NCBI GenBank assembly: GCA_032128875.1
Contig: JAVLKG010000001.1
Location: 608,001 to 672,000, forward strand
Direction: 5' to 3'
Source of the DNA: Candidatus Melainabacteria bacterium 17Bon1m
GTDB taxonomy: Bacteria; Cyanobacteriota; Vampirovibrionia; Obscuribacterales; Obscuribacteraceae
DNA: 64,000 bases
In this document: positions 58,496-64,000 of the stretch, in pieces
Layout: every line of letters begins with the position of its first letter
Numbering within the stretch: position 1 is the stretch's first letter
The notes under the pieces: generated by a model
The model's input: only the letters and a program-made list of their open reading frames with translations
What the model was told of the DNA's origin: nothing
The model's database searches: none
Made by a program: the position numbers and the translations under genes

Positions 58496-59746
58496 GTGAC
58501 AGATCAGCCGTCACGTTTTGATAATCAATTGGACGTCGTGGGAAGAACGATGGCCCAGGCTCCAAGCGCGATCATGGAAGAAGTGCTCAACGACATTTCG
58601 CAAAGACCCGGTCAGGTCATGCAAAATTCGATGATTGCGGGTGCAATCGGTTATGGCGGTACAATCCTGATGCGTCGCGCTCCCGTTGTCGGCGCTCTGG
58701 TTGCCGGAACAGCGCTCCTGGCGGAAGGCTTGCGCATTACTCCGAAAGTGTCCAACTTTCTGGATGAGGCAGGCGATGCGGACACAAGAGAAAAACGTGT
58801 CGCACTATCAAGACAAGGCGCGCAAGGCATAGGTCGCGAAGGCGCGATGTTTGTCGAAACCCTCCCAGCCGCAGGTATTGGCAGTAAACTCGCCTTTTCT
58901 ACCTTGGAAAAATCAGCATTCTCACAGAGTCTCAGCACCGCTTTTGCCGAGAAGATTGAATTTCCTGTTCGTCGTTCTCTCCCGGATGATCTGTTTTTCA
59001 AGGGGCCTGGTACAAAGATCAAAGCCAACCTCATGGTTGATGCCAACACCGTGGATGCGCTTGGTGCCAGCCGTTTGATGCCGTCGCAAAAACCTTTTAC
59101 AGTCGAGTATGGTCGCGTAGTCGACCCCTTGCGTGGCAGAGCGAGCCACATCATGTCAGGTACGAGCGAAGGCGTTGAGATTGGCGTTGCTCAACAGGCA
59201 AAACAGATCCAAATCCACACACACAACCCGCATGTAGATGCGCCAGGCATGATGTCGGTCCCTGATTTGCGCATGACCCCTAAAGATGCGCTCGCCGTCA
59301 TTAATGCGGGGGAGAATCAGACGTTCTACATGGGCATTGGAAAAGCGCCAGTTGCGGCTGGAAGCGACGTTCAGGTGAGAGCCCTGGTGATGGATCACAA
59401 GGCAAAAGAAGCGTTTCTACACGATTACATGGCAATGGCTGATCGCAAAACCTTCGGATTATCAGGACTCAAAGATCCTGTAAAACTCGATTACGATGCG
59501 GCTCTACAATCGCTGCAAAGAGTTGATATCAATAATCCTTGGAATTCGCTCTCTAGTATCGCGCGTTACGAAAGACCCGGTGTGTCGAATCTCGCTCAAT
59601 CACTCGGTCTCAATCGAGTCGACAACTCTTTGTCTGCAAGAATCTCTTCAAGGCTGGGTATCGGTGACGGTCTTCCAACCTTTGTTAGATCAACAATAAC
59701 TGCAGCAAATCCGCTGTTTCAGATTGATCGAAGTACTAAGAGTTAA
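58496..59746 (+). CDS. Effector-like protein with hydrophobic N-terminus and JAB/JAMM-like metalloprotease motif
   Basis: VEYG...IHTH-x10-S-x2-D; Gly/Ala hydrophobic helices at aa ~45-80 and ~110-130. Confidence 0.6.
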   Translation: MTDQPSRFDNQLDVVGRTMAQAPSAIMEEVLNDISQRPGQVMQNSMIAGAIGYGGTILMRRAPVVGALVAGTALLAEGLRITPKVSNFLDEAGDADTREKRVALSRQGAQGIGREGAMFVETLPAAGIGSKLAFSTLEKSAFSQSLSTAFAEKIEFPVRRSLPDDLFFKGPGTKIKANLMVDANTVDALGASRLMPSQKPFTVEYGRVVDPLRGRASHIMSGTSEGVEIGVAQQAKQIQIHTHNPHVDAPGMMSVPDLRMTPKDALAVINAGENQTFYMGIGKAPVAAGSDVQVRALVMDHKAKEAFLHDYMAMADRKTFGLSGLKDPVKLDYDAALQSLQRVDINNPWNSLSSIARYERPGVSNLAQSLGLNRVDNSLSARISSRLGIGDGLPTFVRSTITAANPLFQIDRSTKS

Positions 59747-59983
59747 CAGTCGCTATATCCGATCGGGTTGCAGTGGATATGTCGGAAAGCGTGATTCTGC
59801 GCCGCTTTTCCCTTGATAGTCCGCAAACGCCCGCTGGAAAGGCTGATCGCGGCGTGATTTGAAACTTAGCAATTACTAGAACATTAAATGGAATCCAGGT
59901 ACACTCTAATACCGGGCTCGTGCGCGCGCATTTTGTAAAAAATCCCCACGAGTTGTTGATTGCATATACGGGAGCAAGCAGCC

Positions 59984-60415
59984 GTGAAGGTTTCCGACTC
60001 GCTGAAGTCGCATACTAAGTATTTGTGGTTCGATACCAAGAAGCGACAAGAATTTATACGAATTACTGATGAAGTTGCCGAATTCCTTACAGAGAGCGGA
60101 CTTCGGGAAGGCTTTATTCTTGTCTCAGCCATGCACATCACGGCTGGTGTATATATAAATGATTGGGAGCAGGGACTGATTCACGACATCGGCGAATGGC
60201 TTGAAAAGCTGGCGCCGGTCAATCCTGATTACAGGCATCACCAGACTGGCGAGGACAACGGAGATGCGCATTTAAAGCGAATCTTGATCAATCACCAGGT
60301 AATGGTTCCGGTGACCGAAGGTAAGCTCGACCTCGGACCGTGGGAGCAAATCTTCTACGCAGAGTTCGATGGACAGCGCAGAAAGAGAGTAATACTCAAA
60401 GCTATTGGGATTTGA
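59984..60415 (+). CDS. yjbQ: YjbQ/UPF0047 family protein
   Basis: [37 protein letters not shown]. Confidence 0.92.
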   Translation: MKVSDSLKSHTKYLWFDTKKRQEFIRITDEVAEFLTESGLREGFILVSAMHITAGVYINDWEQGLIHDIGEWLEKLAPVNPDYRHHQTGEDNGDAHLKRILINHQVMVPVTEGKLDLGPWEQIFYAEFDGQRRKRVILKAIGI

Positions 60416-60458
60416 CGATTAATTAGTAAAGCGTACAGCAGGCGAAAGTGAGGGACAG

Positions 60459-62726
60459 ATGACTTATACAACGCACCATGAAAAGAGGTCCAAGTATCAC
60501 GTGTCGAAAAACAGCAACGGCGCTCAGGCAAATGGACGCAAGCAGGCAGTCGCTTCAGTAGCGGACCGGCAGCCACTCACGACTGCTGTCGACTATGCCA
60601 GCCATCCGGTAAACGAGATTTTTGGTGCAAACGTTTTCAATCGGCAGACGATGCGCGCATTATTGCCGAAAACTGTATACAAAGCGGTTGTACGTTGCCT
60701 GGATCATGGCGAACAACTTGATCCGGCTATGGCAGACACCGTTGCGAACGCGATGAAGGATTGGGCAATCGCGCGCGGCGCCACCCACTTTACTCATTGG
60801 TTTGTGCCTCTGCACGGATACACTGCGGAAAAGCATGATTCCTTCCTGGTTTCCAACGTTGATGATGGTGCCGTTCTGGAATTTTCCGGTAAGAACTTAG
60901 TGCAAGGCGAGCCTGATGCATCGAGCTTTCCATCCGGTGGTATTCGCTCCACATTCGAAGCACGTGGATATACAGGCTGGGATCCGTCGAGCCCTGCATT
61001 CCTTATGGACAGTGCTAATGGCAGAACGCTCTGCATTCCGTCCGTATTCTGCTCATTCAGCGGACATGCACTCGATGTGAAAACACCGCTGCTGCGCTCG
61101 CTTGAAGCCATCAGCAAGTCAACCGTTCGCTTGTTGCATGCTATCGGCAACAAAGACGTGAAGCGCGTCAACTGCACTGTGGGTCCTGAGCAAGAATACT
61201 TCCTTATAGATGAAGCCTTCTATCACGCTCGTCCAGACATTATCAGTGCCGGTCGTGCTCTCTTCGGTGCCCGTCCTCCTAAAGGACAGGAAATGGAAGA
61301 TCACTATTGGGGTTCGATTCGTGAGCGTGTTCTTGCATTCATGATGGATGCTGAGCACGAGCTCTACAGGCTCGGCGTGCCGGTAAAGACGCGTCACAAC
61401 GAAGTTGCTCCTGCACAGTTTGAAGTCGCACCTGTTTTCGAAAGCAGCAATCTCGCGACAGACCACAACATGTTGCTCATGGAAGTCTTCAGGAAAACGG
61501 CTCAGAAGCATGGTTTCCGTTGCCTCTTCCACGAAAAACCATTCAGTGGTGTCAACGGAAGCGGTAAGCACAACAACTGGTCGTTGGCTGATGATCAAGG
61601 CAACAACTTGCTGGAACCTGGTGATGATACGCAAGAGAACCTGCAGTTCTTGATCGTCTTGTCCGCGGTTATCCGCGCGGTTGATAAATACGCAAAATTG
61701 TTGCGCGCCAGTATTGCCACTGCCGGTAATGACCACCGCCTCGGTGCTAACGAAGCACCACCAGCGATTATGTCTATCTACTTAGGTGACGCGCTCACTA
61801 AAGTTGTGGACAACATCATCTCTGGCAAGGCAGGCGACAAGAAGGTTGGAGCAACTGTGAAATCCGGCGTCTCGATGTTGCCGGACATTCTCAAAGATGA
61901 CTCAGACCGCAACCGTACTTCTCCGTTTGCTTTCACCGGCAACAAGTTTGAATTCCGTGCCGTCGGCTCCAGTCAATCTGTTGCTATGCCAAACACCGTT
62001 CTCAACACGATGGTGGCAGACTCGATGGATTATCTCGCTGACGAGATCGAAAAAGCCGTGAAGAATGGTAGCGAGCTGAAAGCTGCAATCAGCAGCGTAT
62101 TGGTCAAGACACTTTCCGATCACAAACGTGTTCTCTTTAACGGTGATAACTACTCGGAGCAATGGCATGAAGAAGCCTCGCGCCGCGGTCTCGCCAATCT
62201 GAAGAATTTGCCTGAAGCGCTGCCGGTGCTTGTTGAAGCAGAAGCGAAAGAACTCTTCAGCCGTTACGATGTATTCCAAGAAGACGAGTTGGTCAGCCGC
62301 TATCACATCTTGCTGGAAAACTATTGCAAGACCATTAACGTCGAATCACTACTCACTTCCAACATTGCAACGACAATGATCTTGCCTGCTGCAATCGAGT
62401 ATCAAACTCGCCTGGCAACAGCGATTGTGCAAACTAAATCCGCCGTCAGCGGCATCAATCTTGCCCATCAGGAGAACATGCTGAAAGACGTGTCGGACAG
62501 AATTGCACGACTGAGAACAGCAATTGAAGTACTCGATATGTTGCGTCACGAACAACGTGGCGAAGATCACTTGGATGATGAACACACCGCAGAAGCTCGC
62601 TTCTACCAACAGCGCGTGATTCCTGCGATGAATGAAGTCAGAACAGTTGCTGACGAATTGGAGCTGATGGTTGACGACTCACTGTGGCCGTTGCCGAAGT
62701 TCCGCGAGATGCTCTACATCTACTAA
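60459..62726 (+). CDS. glnN: Glutamine synthetase type III
   Basis: THFTHWF, EPDASSFPSGG, EQEYFL, HNEVAP.QFE, NGSGKHNNW, RLGANEAPP, DRNRTSPFAFTGNKFEFR. Confidence 0.97.
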   Translation: MTYTTHHEKRSKYHVSKNSNGAQANGRKQAVASVADRQPLTTAVDYASHPVNEIFGANVFNRQTMRALLPKTVYKAVVRCLDHGEQLDPAMADTVANAMKDWAIARGATHFTHWFVPLHGYTAEKHDSFLVSNVDDGAVLEFSGKNLVQGEPDASSFPSGGIRSTFEARGYTGWDPSSPAFLMDSANGRTLCIPSVFCSFSGHALDVKTPLLRSLEAISKSTVRLLHAIGNKDVKRVNCTVGPEQEYFLIDEAFYHARPDIISAGRALFGARPPKGQEMEDHYWGSIRERVLAFMMDAEHELYRLGVPVKTRHNEVAPAQFEVAPVFESSNLATDHNMLLMEVFRKTAQKHGFRCLFHEKPFSGVNGSGKHNNWSLADDQGNNLLEPGDDTQENLQFLIVLSAVIRAVDKYAKLLRASIATAGNDHRLGANEAPPAIMSIYLGDALTKVVDNIISGKAGDKKVGATVKSGVSMLPDILKDDSDRNRTSPFAFTGNKFEFRAVGSSQSVAMPNTVLNTMVADSMDYLADEIEKAVKNGSELKAAISSVLVKTLSDHKRVLFNGDNYSEQWHEEASRRGLANLKNLPEALPVLVEAEAKELFSRYDVFQEDELVSRYHILLENYCKTINVESLLTSNIATTMILPAAIEYQTRLATAIVQTKSAVSGINLAHQENMLKDVSDRIARLRTAIEVLDMLRHEQRGEDHLDDEHTAEARFYQQRVIPAMNEVRTVADELELMVDDSLWPLPKFREMLYIY

Positions 62727-62780
62727 GATGGCGCAGCGGTTAAATTCGCATAGAGCAATTCGACACAAAGAATAAGATCC

Positions 62781-62822
62781 AGGATGGGGGCGTACTCGTT
62801 GCGCTCCCGTTCTTTCTTTTTC
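62781..62822 (+). terminator. Intrinsic terminator after glnN
   Basis: ggatgggggcg...cgctcccgttc stem followed by tttcttttt. Confidence 0.7.
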
Positions 62823-63371
62823 TCAGCGGGATTTTGTTTTGTCATAGTGCTTGCGCACTTTCTCTCGATTGCCGCATGTTTCCATACTGCACCACTGTCT
62901 CTGCTGATTCTTTGACGTATCTACGAAGTAGAGAATACATTTATCGCTGGCGCACTTTCGCAGTGATTTCAACTTTGTCGATGCCAGAAGTTCGCAGCAA
63001 GCAGTTGCAATCCTTGCGAGTAAATCCGCACCTGAATCCAGCCTATACTCGAGTTTATAACTGTCGTTAGAGCACTTCAGCACGCGTACCAGCATGTTGC
63101 TGCGTTGGTTCAGTAAATCAAGATCTTCCTGTATAAGAGCGTTTGACTCCACGGCACGCTCGAATGCGCGCCTTATCGACGATCTCAATTCTTTCGCATC
63201 AGCGAGATCCTTTTCGGCGAGTTTTACGCTCAACGGTTCGCCGAGCGCGGCGTTGAACCATTGGAGCAGAGATTCGGGAGAGTGAAGCAAATCAATTCTG
63301 GCATTGGAGCCCACGACTTCCGTGTTTACGAAGTCGCTCGCCAAATTGTTGCCAATGAAAAGAAAATCCAT
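62823..63371 (-). CDS. ABATE/CGNR zinc-finger regulator
   Basis: DFVNT; C-x4-C...FVDTSKN..RQWCSMETCGNR. Confidence 0.93.
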   Translation of the reverse strand: MDFLFIGNNLASDFVNTEVVGSNARIDLLHSPESLLQWFNAALGEPLSVKLAEKDLADAKELRSSIRRAFERAVESNALIQEDLDLLNQRSNMLVRVLKCSNDSYKLEYRLDSGADLLARIATACCELLASTKLKSLRKCASDKCILYFVDTSKNQQRQWCSMETCGNREKVRKHYDKTKSR

Positions 63372-63382
63372 GCTGACAATCT

Positions 63383-63450
63383 TAACCTTTTAAGCGAGTT
63401 TTGGGGGTTAGAAGTTTGTTTCTAACTGGTATAATTGGTTTAGGTGGTTA
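63383..63450. promoter_or_regulatory. Two TAAC(C/T)-N18-GGTTA inverted repeats; the second covers an extended -10 (TGGTATAAT)
   Basis: taacc (63383)...ggtta (63406) and taact (63423)...ggtta (63446): identical spacing, 40-bp period. Confidence 0.7.
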
Positions 63451-63528
63451 AGGTCTGCGTGATAACGCTATCAAGGCTGATGCACAGTGGCCCGGTCGAT
63501 AAGATCTGCCGCCGAAAGGAAGGAATCC

Positions 63529-64000
63529 ATGGGTAGATATCATGCCGGTGAATTGGCAGTCCAAGAGTTGGCTGGCGTTCGACGAATGGCAGAGCGCATG
63601 GCGGGCTCGTCTTACAGCTCGCTTTCCGTGCCGGCGCAAAATTACTTGCTGTCTAGTTCTTTTGCAGCCATGACTTGGCTCGATTCAAAAGGTCAGCCTT
63701 GGATTACGCCGCTATCGGGTGCGCCTGGGTTTTTGCAGGCGATGGACCAATCAACCATCGCCATCGATTTGCAAGGTTCGGCTGCTCCATTGCTGAGCGG
63801 GCGGGATTTTGGCGAAACACCCGCGGCACTCGTCGTGATGGACTTTGGAGCAAGGCTTAGAGTGCGCGTGAATGGGCAAGCTTCTTCAAGAGGTGATGAT
63901 CTCGTGTTTTACGTTGACGAAGTCTACGGCAACTGTCCGAAGTACATTCACAGACGCCACCCTCTGGAAGACTCTGCTCTCTCATCTGTAGATTATCTTG
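63529..64000 (+). CDS. Pyridoxamine 5'-phosphate oxidase-like FMN-binding protein, 3'-truncated by the window edge
   Basis: Not in the ORF track; my translation gives MGRYHAGELAVQELAGV...GAPGF...RVRVNG...VYGNCPKYI. RBS aaggaagga. Confidence 0.88.
   Translation, partial: MGRYHAGELAVQELAGVRRMAERMAGSSYSSLSVPAQNYLLSSSFAAMTWLDSKGQPWITPLSGAPGFLQAMDQSTIAIDLQGSAAPLLSGRDFGETPAALVVMDFGARLRVRVNGQASSRGDDLVFYVDEVYGNCPKYIHRRHPLEDSALSSVDYL

Noticed and set aside
18614-59746. A single ubiquitin-like system made of cereblon, JAB and HD-ART genes
   Set aside because: The genes are 11-40 kb apart with unrelated genes between them, and no E1, E2 or Ubl is present.
63675-63860. 61-aa ORF in the track
   Set aside because: Out of frame inside the PNPOx-like gene that starts at 63529.
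1-64000. Mobile elements, prophage, tRNA or rRNA
   Set aside because: No transposase, integrase, phage structural gene, terminal repeats or cloverleaf was recognised. TopIB is not an integrase.

Overview
Gene-dense bacterial chromosomal window with about 57 CDS and no rRNA, tRNA, CRISPR array or IS element that I can support. The gene content suggests a diderm non-photosynthetic relative of Cyanobacteria (Melainabacteria/Obscuribacterales-like); this is inference from the cyanobacterial-style dnaK and GS-III, lpxI, many Hanks kinases, TPR and LRR proteins, a TPR-caspase and a matrixin-TonB fusion. Recognisable genes are dnaK, a tandem-MarR-regulated RND pump, a cereblon (CULT) homologue, chdC/hemQ, a MutT-like NUDIX, atl, a GcvT plus two FAD-oxidoreductase operon, an L,D-transpeptidase with an M23 peptidase, topoisomerase IB, an orphan tadE-tadE-tadG-LRR cassette, rnhB, an ArnT-like transferase, lpxI, yjbQ, glnN and a CGNR regulator divergent from a PNPOx-like gene. 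The best novelty candidates are: (1) a 1325-aa effector-like protein fusing hydrophobic N-terminal helices, an HD hydrolase and a putative ADP-ribosyltransferase-like domain; (2) a similarly built protein with a JAB/JAMM metalloprotease motif; (3) a near-consensus promoter with a palindromic operator pointing into a long-hairpin candidate ncRNA at about 58.1-58.3 kb; (4) paired TAAC-N-GTTA operators beside the CGNR gene. All calls come from reading motifs by eye, not from database searches.
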